Origin: Nitrospirota bacterium
Lineage (GTDB): Bacteria; Nitrospirota; Thermodesulfovibrionia; UBA6902
Assembly: GCA_039715075.1 (NCBI GenBank)
Contig: JBDLIC010000003.1
Location: forward strand, 7 to 64,006
Direction: 5' to 3'
DNA length: 64,000 nucleotides
This document shows, in pieces, positions 46,501 to 54,846 of this stretch. The position numbers were made by a program, and so were the translations under genes. Under the pieces are notes generated by a model, which was not told the origin of the DNA, made no database searches, and was given only the letters and a program-made list of their open reading frames with translations. Positions within the stretch are counted from its first letter, which is position 1; the number at the start of each line of letters is the position of its first letter.

Positions 46501-46818
46501 ATAAGGACATTTATCCTGGCACATCCCGCAGCCGGAGCAATTTTCATTGTTAATAATAACAATGCCGTCCTGGTTTTTATAAAGGGCGTTTTCTTCACAT
46601 GCATTAATGCAGGGGGCATTGTCGCAGTGATTGCAGAGACGGGGAAGAAATGTTTTTTTTGTTTCGGGAAACGGGCCTGAAATATGTGTGTGAACTTTGC
46701 ATCTAAAGAGCCCGAAAGGAATTTCATATTCAGTTTTACATGTGACCTGGCAGGCATAACACCCGATGCACCTGTCAAGGTTGATCAGCATGCCGTACCT
46801 TTTGTTACGTTTTGCCAT
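43549..46818 (-). CDS. Fused four-cluster ferredoxin (beta-like) and molybdopterin oxidoreductase (alpha-like), Psr/Phs/DMSO-reductase superfamily
   Basis: N-terminal ~190 aa with CIGCYACQVTC, CNHCDNAPC, CSGCGMCQDKCP, CDFC; then MopB-like domain (CPSECGISV...FCAKG); no twin-arginine signal. Confidence 0.8.
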   Translation of the reverse strand: MAKRNKRYGMLINLDRCIGCYACQVTCKTEYEIPFGLFRCKVHTHISGPFPETKKTFLPRLCNHCDNAPCINACEENALYKNQDGIVIINNENCSGCGMCQDKCPYDAIEINHATGQAEKCDFCCSRVQNGESPVCVQSCMGKALLFGDINDPKSSISTEMNKQQLKVLNPELETSPSVFYISKKDIDHTSLKNHEVTKGPSTRRIKSAPSSVRPEESKTVYTSDAMCPSECGISVVVENGMAKKIYGNPHSLINNGAFCAKGASGLQLTYSPHRIKTPLKRSGSRGEDKWEEITWDEAADYIAKKLIEIKKKYGAESVFMDCGDVTDREAYYRLFHAFGTPNTYNHGSICDPNRKWGQGIMTGDERPLPDIQRPFLIRNEEGELHLKESHDIKLLLNIGTNPLVATRFNYMSRGIPAAREENGCKYIVVDPAYTNSAAHADLWLPIIPGADASLLAAMLYCIISEDSSSDPERKYLNHNFIKKYTVGWEEFKTAFLDHSKNIDPANEMHFFTPEWAEEKTGIQAEKIKMVSHLFGITKPAAIEIGMHGTAHHTNGDVTSILMTALCLITGNVDVPGGLVFIDSQKAKKGNRTTGKHFLENTVSRNVDGNEVSGKLSELNKDMYGEYPAAWKGVLADLPKKIREGTKLKHGPFKGLSYPAKAFITRAGNPVITAGSTPDWVDALTARDENGEYLLELMVFTDTHITVSGKYADIILPDAGFLERMGVSDVYTMSPEIAVRDQVIKPLHESKTPYEFMITLSDALIKNGDHDIRIEDFAGRYKDEEDFINEILSEAPGFFNLGRPLPYPDLPEGCLIVGTPDNPAAVWGKKVIKKGTLLTVDWLRKNNGVAVWPAGYYRYKKSNNDPSGLYPATGSKKFEFRFSYIENINKKFGTGLPVTFYWSDCLWNPKNPKFKNITDEYPFQLISGRVHHAMTMTAVCPYLAETETECMKPMNNGFEYALPENSGFREKYGIPGNMKPRFKAGSVSIPVLAISKSDGRKLGIKKGDVITLENPSGKSMKGKVYLTEEIMPGVIKTAFGPGGQNASGLGFINNVSEYTTNINEFFDPDNLTPMTGMPGFGDILVKIVK

Positions 46819-46915
46819 GTCTTAATTTAACTGAATTGTCTCATAAAGTGAAGTTTTCCGCCTGCAAAGCGGGCATCAAAAAGGAATAATTTAATTTATG
46901 ATAGTTCAGTCTGTT

Positions 46916-47036
46916 ATTCCCCTCCCGAGTCGGGTCTCACGAGGGTCGATTCGACTTTGGCAAAGAGGGGCCAGGGGAGATTTTCAAAAGAAATTATTCG
47001 TAAAATCCCCCTTAATCCCCCTTTGTAAAAGGGGGA
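46916..47036. repeat. Multi-hairpin region related to the two-hairpin element family
   Basis: ctttggcaaagagggg and cccttaatccccctttgtaaaaggggg resemble motifs at 1..20 and 21297..21325. Confidence 0.55.
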
Positions 47037-47157
47037 AACTTAAAAAGGATGGAGAGAAGGTTAATTGACAGGTCCTTTTATCAAATGTTATTTTTGGATT
47101 TAGTGATTTATTCTTAAAAAATAATCGGTTAAAAAAATTATTATGGAGGCGGGGCAT

Positions 47158-47508
47158 ATGTCATATCAGCTGGATTGGAATATAAAACTGGACTGTGTCA
47201 GCAAAGAGGGTCTTTTGAAGAGGTTTGAAGAGAAAAAGGATTTTATTCTGATCGACACCATAGGGACGTACGGCGGCAATAAGCACAGGATAAAGGGAGC
47301 TACGACCATCCCTTATATTGAAGTAGTGGACAGGCGCAGGGAATTCATGCATTACGGTGAGATCATTGTTTACTGCAAGGAGAAGACCTGTGTGGCGTCC
47401 AAGAAAGTTGCGTCTGCCCTGAAAATGCTGAATGTCCCTAATGTGAAAGTATATGAGGGCGGTATTGTAGAGTGGGAAGAAAATAATCTTCCTGTTGAGG
47501 AATGCTGA
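47158..47508 (+). CDS. Single-domain rhodanese-like protein
   Basis: GGAGG RBS; ILIDT...IVYCKEKTCVASKKVASAL...GGIVEW. Confidence 0.7.
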   Translation: MSYQLDWNIKLDCVSKEGLLKRFEEKKDFILIDTIGTYGGNKHRIKGATTIPYIEVVDRRREFMHYGEIIVYCKEKTCVASKKVASALKMLNVPNVKVYEGGIVEWEENNLPVEEC

Positions 47509-47571
47509 TATATCATTTCTGTCTGATTTGTTAGATCTTTTTCTATTGTGAAACCTGACAGGAGCAGCATA

Positions 47572-48867
47572 ATGAAGAAAAATCCCAAGATGATTATTTA
47601 CAATATCTTCCCTCTGCTCGCAGGGAAGTTTACTGACTGGGACAGGCATTTCAAAAAGGCATCGGAAATGGGGTTTAACTGGATTTTTCTGAACCCCATC
47701 CAGTATCCGGGGAGTTCGGGCAGCCTGTATTCAATCTCGGATTATTTCAGGTTCAATCCCCTTTTTGTTGATGAACGGTCTAAGAAAAGCCCTGAAAAAC
47801 AGGTAAAGGAAATGGTCAGCTGTGCAAAAAGGCATGGGCTCAAGGTGATGATTGATCTGGTAATCAACCATTGTTCCTTTGATTCGGACCTTACCAGAGA
47901 ACATCCCGAGTGGTTCCAGTGGAAGAGGGGCCGTGTTGTCCATCCCTTCTGTATGTCAAACGGGAAAAAGGTCATATGGCGTGATCTTGCCAAATTTAAT
48001 GTGAGCAGGACGAAGGATCCTGAGGGACTTTTAAAATTCTTTACTGAAGTGATAAGCTTCCTGACTGATCTCGGTTTTGAGGGCTTCAGGTGCGACGCGG
48101 CATACCAGCTGCCGGGAAAATTGTGGGAAAGGCTTATCAAAAGGACGAAGAGAAAAAAAACCGGTGTTATTTTTTTAGCTGAAACCCTGGGATGTACAGC
48201 AGACCAGACCATATCGACCGCCAGGGCAGGATTTGATTATATTTTCAATAGTTCCAGGTGGTGGAATTTCAAAGGCCATTGGTTAATGGGACAGTATGAC
48301 CTGACAAGAGAGATAGCCCCGTCAATCAGTTTTCCTGAAAGTCACGATACTACAAGGCTTATGAAGGATGTCAGAGGCAATATCAATGGGCTCAAACAGC
48401 GCTATCTTTTTTCTGCTTTATTTTCTTCCGGTGTGATGATGCCTATGGGATTCGAATTTGGGTTCCGCAAAAACCCGCATGTTGTCAAGACACGGCCGGA
48501 TGACTGGGAGGAGACGGACATAGACCTTTCGTGGTTTATTGAAAAAGTCAATGATATAAAGGGGAGGTACTCTGTTTTCCAGGAGGAGGCCCCGACAGAA
48601 ATCATTCAGTGCAGCAATCCGAATATTTTAATATTATGGAAAGGCTCAACAACCTCAAAAGATGAAGCCCTGATCGTCCTTAATAAAGACATCTCGAATA
48701 TGCAGTATTTTTTTGCTGAGAATATGAGAGAATTTGTGCTGGCCGGCGCCCCTTTAAAAGATGTGTCCCCTGAATACCCGGTTGAATTCATAGCGGAACC
48801 TTTTAACTATACTCTTAATCCCGGGCAGGGGCTTGTCTATGTAACGAAAAGAGATATAGGCAGGTAA
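47572..48867 (+). CDS. GH13 alpha-amylase-family protein (GlgE-like catalytic core only)
   Basis: MIDLVINH, GFRCDAAYQLP, FLAETLG, FPESHDT conserved regions; AGGAG RBS. Confidence 0.7.
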   Translation: MKKNPKMIIYNIFPLLAGKFTDWDRHFKKASEMGFNWIFLNPIQYPGSSGSLYSISDYFRFNPLFVDERSKKSPEKQVKEMVSCAKRHGLKVMIDLVINHCSFDSDLTREHPEWFQWKRGRVVHPFCMSNGKKVIWRDLAKFNVSRTKDPEGLLKFFTEVISFLTDLGFEGFRCDAAYQLPGKLWERLIKRTKRKKTGVIFLAETLGCTADQTISTARAGFDYIFNSSRWWNFKGHWLMGQYDLTREIAPSISFPESHDTTRLMKDVRGNINGLKQRYLFSALFSSGVMMPMGFEFGFRKNPHVVKTRPDDWEETDIDLSWFIEKVNDIKGRYSVFQEEAPTEIIQCSNPNILILWKGSTTSKDEALIVLNKDISNMQYFFAENMREFVLAGAPLKDVSPEYPVEFIAEPFNYTLNPGQGLVYVTKRDIGR

Positions 48868-48903
48868 CAAGTATTTAAAAAGAGGTTTTTAAACGAAAAT
48901 AAT

Positions 48904-49674
48904 ATGATTGGTTCTATTGCCGGTGATATCATTGGTTCGGTCTACGAGAGACATCCCATAAAAACAAAGGACTTTCCGCTGTTCAATCCTCATAGCAGAT
49001 TCACGGATGACTCAGTGCTGACAGCAGCAATTGCGCATGCTATTTTGAACGGGGATGATTATGAGAACTCGGTAAGGGAAGTTGGCAGGGAGTATCCTGA
49101 TTGCGGGTATGGGGGTTCTTTTTTCCAATGGCTTTTTTCAGAGTCAGCCCTGCCGTATAACAGCTGGGGTAACGGCTCTGCGATGCGTGTGAGCCCGGTC
49201 GGCTTTGCATTTGATTCAAAAGAGAAGGTGTTAACCGAAGCAAAAAAAACAGCTGAGTTTACGCACAATCACCCCGAGGGGATAAAGGGGGCTCAGGCGG
49301 TTGCCCTGGCAGTATTTGTGGCAAGAATTACAGGTGATAAGGAGCAGGTAAAGTCAGAGATACAAAAAGAGTTCGCTTATGATCTTGATCGCACTTTAGA
49401 CGACATCAGACCGGGATACCGGTTTGATATATCATGTCAGGGAACGGTACCGGAAGCGATTATTGCTTTTCTTGAGTCAACCTCTTATGAGGACGCTGTC
49501 AGGAATGCGGTATCTCTTGGCGGTGACAGCGATACACTTGCCTGCATTACCGGCGGGATCGCACACGCTTATTACGGGGATGTTCCGGATTCTATCGCAA
49601 ATAAAGTAAGCGAGCTCTTGCCTGGAGATTTGTGGGTAATAGTAGAAAGATTCTGCAAAAAATTTCGAATCTAA
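48904..49674 (+). CDS. ADP-ribosylglycohydrolase-family protein
   Basis: GDIIGSVYE, FTDDSVLT, GGDSDTLACITGGIAHAYYG. Confidence 0.8.
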   Translation: MIGSIAGDIIGSVYERHPIKTKDFPLFNPHSRFTDDSVLTAAIAHAILNGDDYENSVREVGREYPDCGYGGSFFQWLFSESALPYNSWGNGSAMRVSPVGFAFDSKEKVLTEAKKTAEFTHNHPEGIKGAQAVALAVFVARITGDKEQVKSEIQKEFAYDLDRTLDDIRPGYRFDISCQGTVPEAIIAFLESTSYEDAVRNAVSLGGDSDTLACITGGIAHAYYGDVPDSIANKVSELLPGDLWVIVERFCKKFRI

Positions 49675-50396
49675 TCCCTTGGCCTCAATACAACGAACCC
49701 GGGTTTATTTGCCAGGTAGTTTTTGAAATCTTCGTCCAGTACTTTTCGCTGTTTTGCTGCAGAAGAAGCATGTCGTATAGTGACCGAATCACCCTTCATT
49801 ATGATAATGCCTACATGTGAAACGTCGAGCCCTTTAATGTTTGAATAAAGACCAACATAGTCACCTGTTTTTAATCCTGCAATGACAGTATCATCGGAGA
49901 GTGCTGTGGGGATATATTCAACTTTCCTCTGTAGACATGGAATGCCGGGGAGGAACAGTGTTCCATCTTCTTTCTCATTCAGCCTCCTGCTTACACTTTC
50001 AGTCTCTCCATCCCCAATTTGCGGTGTTAAGTCAACTATGAATCCGGTATTAAACTCCTTCCAGTCAGTGAAGAAATGGTTCCTGTTTTTGTAGTCAATT
50101 TCCCCGGACCTGTATCTTACATTGACCAGATTTTTTCTGAAATCAAGATACGATCCGGACCGTCTCATTGCTTCTATATAGTCAATAAATGTAAAACAGT
50201 CTACTTCTTCAAGGTTTATCACCAGAATTTCGGGAGTCCTTATATTCCCGATCAATGTTGATTCCTTATAGCGTGTATTCAGAAAATGCTTCGAGAGAAA
50301 ATCTATGCGATTTCCAGTATCCTTGATTTTTGAGGCTTCGATCAGTGTGCGATCTAACAGACCTTTTGTCCATTTGCCTAAGAGAACCTGCTCCAT
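49671..50396 (-). CDS. DUF1460-like (amidase-like) protein
   Basis: FLNTRYKESTL...LVINLEEVDCFTFIDYIEAMR pattern. Confidence 0.55.
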   Translation of the reverse strand: MEQVLLGKWTKGLLDRTLIEASKIKDTGNRIDFLSKHFLNTRYKESTLIGNIRTPEILVINLEEVDCFTFIDYIEAMRRSGSYLDFRKNLVNVRYRSGEIDYKNRNHFFTDWKEFNTGFIVDLTPQIGDGETESVSRRLNEKEDGTLFLPGIPCLQRKVEYIPTALSDDTVIAGLKTGDYVGLYSNIKGLDVSHVGIIIMKGDSVTIRHASSAAKQRKVLDEDFKNYLANKPGFVVLRPRD

Positions 50397-50474
50397 AGTT
50401 ATTCCATCATTTTAGCATTACAGAATCTATAAAGTTAATGTGCAAATTAGTTCCTGTTGCGGAAAGCCCGAGTT

Positions 50475-50600
50475 GTCACCCTGAACTCGTTTCAGGGTCT
50501 CATAACCCGTTGGCATCCTGAGATTCTGGAACTCGAATCGAGTCTTCGCTGAGAGTCGCTCCGATAAGTTCAGAATGACATTGATAATAATATTTGTTTT
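50475..50600. repeat. REP-like hairpins of the gtcattctgaac / accctgaa..ttcagggt type
   Basis: caccctgaa-ctcgt-ttcagggt hairpin; ...aagttcagaatgac end motif. Confidence 0.5.
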
Positions 50601-50668
50601 CGCTCACATAACTTCACTTATGATATACTTAACAAATTACAGATTATGTATTAAAGAAGGATAGCGTA

Positions 50669-50986
50669 ATGATAACAAAAAAGGAAGAAGAGTGGTTTAA
50701 GAAGTTCTACGACGGGACCGTTTTTGTTAAGGGCTGGAAATATCATATGAATGATATGCTGCAAAAGGTCCCTGCTGATGAAAAGGAAAAGATACGAGGA
50801 CTTCTTGATGACTTCGGAAAGAAAATCGGCTATGAATGGGCTAAAGACAACAATGTTCGCAAAATTGATACTGCAACGCTTCAAAAATGGGGTGATGATC
50901 TCCGGATGGCTGGTGAAAAAGGGCCTGAAGCCCTGATTGAAAAGATTCGCCTGCTTGACAGTGCGGCGGATAGTATTCTTTCCTGA
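50669..50986 (+). CDS. Hypothetical protein
   Basis: Protein-like ORF; no motif recognised. Confidence 0.45.
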   Translation: MITKKEEEWFKKFYDGTVFVKGWKYHMNDMLQKVPADEKEKIRGLLDDFGKKIGYEWAKDNNVRKIDTATLQKWGDDLRMAGEKGPEALIEKIRLLDSAADSILS

Positions 50987-50994
50987 ATTGTACC

Positions 50995-51327
50995 TTACTT
51001 CACTGAATCTCCAAACATGAATTTGCAGCAGCCAAGGTCTAGAACCTGATTGTCTTTTGAAAAACGGGACCGGAAGTTCTCTGTTATATGATAAATTCTG
51101 TGGATTCCGTCTTTTCTTTTCTGGACCAGACCGTTTGACTCCAGAATCTTTAAGTGCTTGGAAATATTATACATCTGAACATTGAGGATGGTGGACAGAT
51201 CCTGGACCGTTGCTTCCTGCTTTAAGAGCTCGTGGATAATAAGCAGACGGTTTTCATCTGCCAGTGCTTTCAAAATGGCTGTCCAATTGAAAGGAGAGTC
51301 GTTTATTGAATTATTATTCTGGCCCAT
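50995..51327 (-). CDS. ArsR/SmtB-family transcriptional regulator
   Basis: LKALADENRLLIIHELL...VQDLSTILNVQMYNISKHLKILESNGLV winged HTH. Confidence 0.8.
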   Translation of the reverse strand: MGQNNNSINDSPFNWTAILKALADENRLLIIHELLKQEATVQDLSTILNVQMYNISKHLKILESNGLVQKRKDGIHRIYHITENFRSRFSKDNQVLDLGCCKFMFGDSVK

Positions 51328-51473
51328 AACCTGTTCTATATATTTTATTATTTTTAATTTATAAACGCAAATGGCATGCCAGAGTTGCCTGAGTAATAAT
51401 TGTTTCTCGGTATTATATATTCAGTATAAACATGCTTGATAACCGGATTGTTATTGAACTATTAAAATTTCTA

Positions 51474-51504
51474 ATTGTTTCATGAAGTAGCAGTATGTTA
51501 TAAT
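51474..51504 (+). promoter_or_regulatory. Putative extended -10 promoter for the glycan cluster
   Basis: TTGTTT-N18, then TGtTATAAT (-10 at 51499..51504), about 70 nt upstream of ATG 51573. Confidence 0.35.
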
Positions 51505-51572
51505 TTTTCGACAAAACCCGCGATCGATATATTCAAGTTTAAAATTTAAAACTTTTAAAAAGGTTAGTAACA

Positions 51573-53093
51573 ATGCTGCTTTATCTTTTTCTGGCCGTAT
51601 ACTTTTTTATTTTGATAACAGTTTTTATTTACGCATCCCATCGTTATTACATGGTTTATCTTTACTATAAGCATCAAAAAGATAAGCCTGTTCTTAAAAG
51701 CAGTTTTAAGGAATTGCCGCGTGTTACCGTACAGCTTCCGATATATAATGAGCTATATGTCACAAGGCGCCTGATTACTGCATCATGTGAAATTGATTAT
51801 CCCGGGGAACTCCTCGATATACAGGTGCTTGACGACTCGACAGATGAAACAGCTTCTGTGGCCCTGGAATGTGTGAATGAACTCAGGGAAAAGGGATTTG
51901 ACATTCATTATATTCACCGTGCAGATAGAGAGGGCTTTAAAGGTGGTGCATTGGCAAACGGGTTGAAAACTGCCAAAGGAGATTTTATTGCGGTATTCGA
52001 TGCGGACTTTGTACCTCAAAGAGATATTCTGAAAAACACAGTCCATTATTTTGCTGATGAATCAATTGGTATGGTCCAGACGAGATGGTCCTATCTGAAC
52101 AGAAAGTACTCATTCCTGACGAAGATACAGGCAATTATGCTTGATGGTCACTTTGTCATAGAGCATACGGCAAGAAACTGGTCCGGCCGGTTCTTTAATT
52201 TTAACGGTACAGGCGGGGTCTGGAGAAAAGAGGCGATTGAAACAGCCGGCGGATGGCAGAATGATACTCTGACAGAAGATCTGGATCTGAGCTATAGATC
52301 ACAGCTGAAGGGATGGAAGTTTATTTTCCTCAAGGATAATCTGTCCCCTTCGGAGATACCTGTAGAAATTAATGGATTCAAGAGCCAGCAGCATAGATGG
52401 GCAAAGGGTTCAATACAGACGGCCAAGAAGCTGCTCCCGCAAATCCTGAAGAGCAAGCTTCCTTTGAAAGTGAAAGTAGAGGCATTTTTTCATCTTACAA
52501 ATAATTTCTCCTATCTGTTAATGCTGATGCTTTCTATCCTTATATATCCTTCCATGGTTGCGAGGATTAATATTGGATGGTTTCAAATGATCATAACCGA
52601 TGTGCCCTTTTTGCTGGTAGCAACAATAGGTATTTCATTCTTTTACCTTTGCTCACAGAAAGAGGCATACAAAGACTGGAAATCCAGGCTTTTTTATATG
52701 CCCATGCTGATGTCTCTTGGTATAGGGTTGTCTGTCAGTAATTCAAAGGCTGTCCTGGAGGCTGTGTTTAACAAGGATACGGAGTTCAAAAGGACCCCTA
52801 AGTATAATATTGAAAAGAAGAAAGACAGGTGGCTTGGAAAGAAATACAAGGTTGAGATGAACTCTCTGGTATTTATGGAACTGCTGCTCGGAATTTACTT
52901 TACGTTTAATATATATTTTGCTTTTGTTAACAGGATTTATGTTTCGATCCCCTTTCTTATGATTTTCCAGATGGGGTACTTTTATGTTGCTTTTTTATCG
53001 CTTTATCAAGTAGTATTGGGAAAGCTTGCTTCAAGCCGGCTTACACGCCATTTGAACTCAAAGAATAATACTGAAGACGTAATTACTGCTTAG
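51573..53093 (+). CDS. Processive family-2 glycosyltransferase (cellulose-synthase-like, membrane-integrated)
   Basis: DDS, DAD, TED and QQHRW motifs; flanking TM helices. Confidence 0.8.
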   Translation: MLLYLFLAVYFFILITVFIYASHRYYMVYLYYKHQKDKPVLKSSFKELPRVTVQLPIYNELYVTRRLITASCEIDYPGELLDIQVLDDSTDETASVALECVNELREKGFDIHYIHRADREGFKGGALANGLKTAKGDFIAVFDADFVPQRDILKNTVHYFADESIGMVQTRWSYLNRKYSFLTKIQAIMLDGHFVIEHTARNWSGRFFNFNGTGGVWRKEAIETAGGWQNDTLTEDLDLSYRSQLKGWKFIFLKDNLSPSEIPVEINGFKSQQHRWAKGSIQTAKKLLPQILKSKLPLKVKVEAFFHLTNNFSYLLMLMLSILIYPSMVARINIGWFQMIITDVPFLLVATIGISFFYLCSQKEAYKDWKSRLFYMPMLMSLGIGLSVSNSKAVLEAVFNKDTEFKRTPKYNIEKKKDRWLGKKYKVEMNSLVFMELLLGIYFTFNIYFAFVNRIYVSIPFLMIFQMGYFYVAFLSLYQVVLGKLASSRLTRHLNSKNNTEDVITA

Positions 53094-53165
53094 CGATAAC
53101 GTTGATTTTTTTAAAACTTATTAAGTTTTTTCAGTAATAAATCACTATGTTAAAGGAGTTATGTT

Positions 53166-54146
53166 ATGAGAAGAAAATTTTTATTGCCTCTGGTACTGCT
53201 TATAGGATTAGTTTTTATATCTACTGAGTCATTTGCCGGATGGACTCAGGCAAAAGGACACTCATATAATCAGCTTACCTACTCGTATTACAGAACAACA
53301 CAAAAATTTACTACTATTAATTTTGATGGGGATGAGAATATCATCGATACAGACCACGACATAGAAAGAAAAGCTACGGAGGAATTTTCATCCAAGAAAG
53401 TATCATACTACGGGGAATATGGAGTAACGGACACTTTTACTGTTTTTCTTTCCGGCGGCTGGGACTGGCAAAGAACTAATGATACCATTAAATATTCAGG
53501 TGAAGACGGACCGAGCGGTATTGGTGACATTAACATTGGTTTAAGGCAGAACCTTATAAAAAATATTCCAGGCACAGGGGTTATAATGTCTTTCCAGACT
53601 GAAGTGAAAATACCTGAGGCATATGACTATGGAAATCCTACAACACACCAGAGTCTTGGAGACGGCCAGTATGACTGGACAGGAGGTTTGGTCTTCGGCA
53701 GGGGGCTTGGCAAGGGTTATGCAGTGTTCAGTGTAATGTATAAATACAGATTTGAGAATGATGAGCATGACCCTCTTACTTTTAAACCGTCTGACCAGAT
53801 GAAATATTCTCTTAGCGGCGGATATTCACTCACTTCCTGGATGTCCTTAAGGGCGAACATTGAATGGGCAGAATCACTCGACAACGCTGAAGTTTCAGAT
53901 GAACTGGTCGCAGCAAACTGGGCAACCGGCGGTGAGAAGAGACACAATGATGTGGTAATAATAAAAGATTCGCTGGGACTTGCACAGGATACTTTAAGTG
54001 CAGGCGTAAGCCTTGCAATAAATTTGGCTCCCAAGTGGCAGACAGTCGTCTCATATAATGAGGTTTTAACCGGCTATGGTCATTTCGTGACAAAGGATTC
54101 CTCCCTTGGAAAAACATCTTCTATAGCACTTGTCTATATGCATTAA
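53166..54146 (+). CDS. Outer-membrane beta-barrel protein
   Basis: Signal peptide ...ESFA; alternating beta-strand pattern throughout. Confidence 0.6.
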   Translation: MRRKFLLPLVLLIGLVFISTESFAGWTQAKGHSYNQLTYSYYRTTQKFTTINFDGDENIIDTDHDIERKATEEFSSKKVSYYGEYGVTDTFTVFLSGGWDWQRTNDTIKYSGEDGPSGIGDINIGLRQNLIKNIPGTGVIMSFQTEVKIPEAYDYGNPTTHQSLGDGQYDWTGGLVFGRGLGKGYAVFSVMYKYRFENDEHDPLTFKPSDQMKYSLSGGYSLTSWMSLRANIEWAESLDNAEVSDELVAANWATGGEKRHNDVVIIKDSLGLAQDTLSAGVSLAINLAPKWQTVVSYNEVLTGYGHFVTKDSSLGKTSSIALVYMH

Positions 54147-54324
54147 TTTCTAAGTGAAAAGTTGAAGGGTGTTTTCTTTTGAGACTTAATGGGTTTCATA
54201 AAGAAAACACCTTTTTATACTGTTTAACAGGGATGCAGATAAAAAAAAAATTATATTTCAGCTGACCGTTTTTTTTGTCCTGTTAATTCTGTCTCTCTAT
54301 ACCTTCCAGAACAGGTTTACTCTA

Positions 54325-54846
54325 ATGGCTGTTTTTTATCAGACCCTTCAAATGCATGACAAAGCAATGGACCAGTTTGTCAGTGCTGTAGATATAAATC
54401 CGGATGACTCTTACTCTTATTATCAGCTGGGATTAATGTATAAAGAGAGAGCTGACTTTGATAATGCGGAAAGGATATATACAAAGTTAATTGAAATTGC
54501 ACCCGAACACCCTTATGCCTATTTTGATTTGGGACATATTTATATAGAAAAAAAACAGTTTGACAGGGCAATAGAGCTGTGTGAAAAAGCCATAGAAATA
54601 GATCCTGACAATGTTTATGCCCATCATTCTCTCGGTAAAATTTATAAAGATAGCGGGAAATATGAGGAGGCCCTGTATGAATTCAGAAAGGTGCTTGAAA
54701 CAGAGCCGTCACACCGTTATGCACTTTGGGACATTGCTGAAGTCTATGGTAAAATGGGATTAAAGGAAGAGGAAGAAAAACAGCTTGAATATTATCATGA
54801 AATGACTGACTGCAGTTTCAGGAGATTCTGGAACTGTTTTGATTAA
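54325..54846 (+). CDS. TPR-repeat protein (5-prime end probably disrupted at an A10 tract, see findings)
   Basis: Four to five TPR units; the frame is open back to 54202 without an ATG. Confidence 0.7.
   Translation: MAVFYQTLQMHDKAMDQFVSAVDINPDDSYSYYQLGLMYKERADFDNAERIYTKLIEIAPEHPYAYFDLGHIYIEKKQFDRAIELCEKAIEIDPDNVYAHHSLGKIYKDSGKYEEALYEFRKVLETEPSHRYALWDIAEVYGKMGLKEEEEKQLEYYHEMTDCSFRRFWNCFD

Noticed and set aside
46916-47036. Moco riboswitch upstream of the molybdoenzyme or the rhodanese gene
   Set aside because: The stretch cccctcccgag only loosely resembles the conserved CCUCCGAG segment as I recall it. It is on the wrong strand for the molybdoenzyme, and the region is better explained as a member of the hairpin-repeat family. 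A covariance-model scan would settle it.
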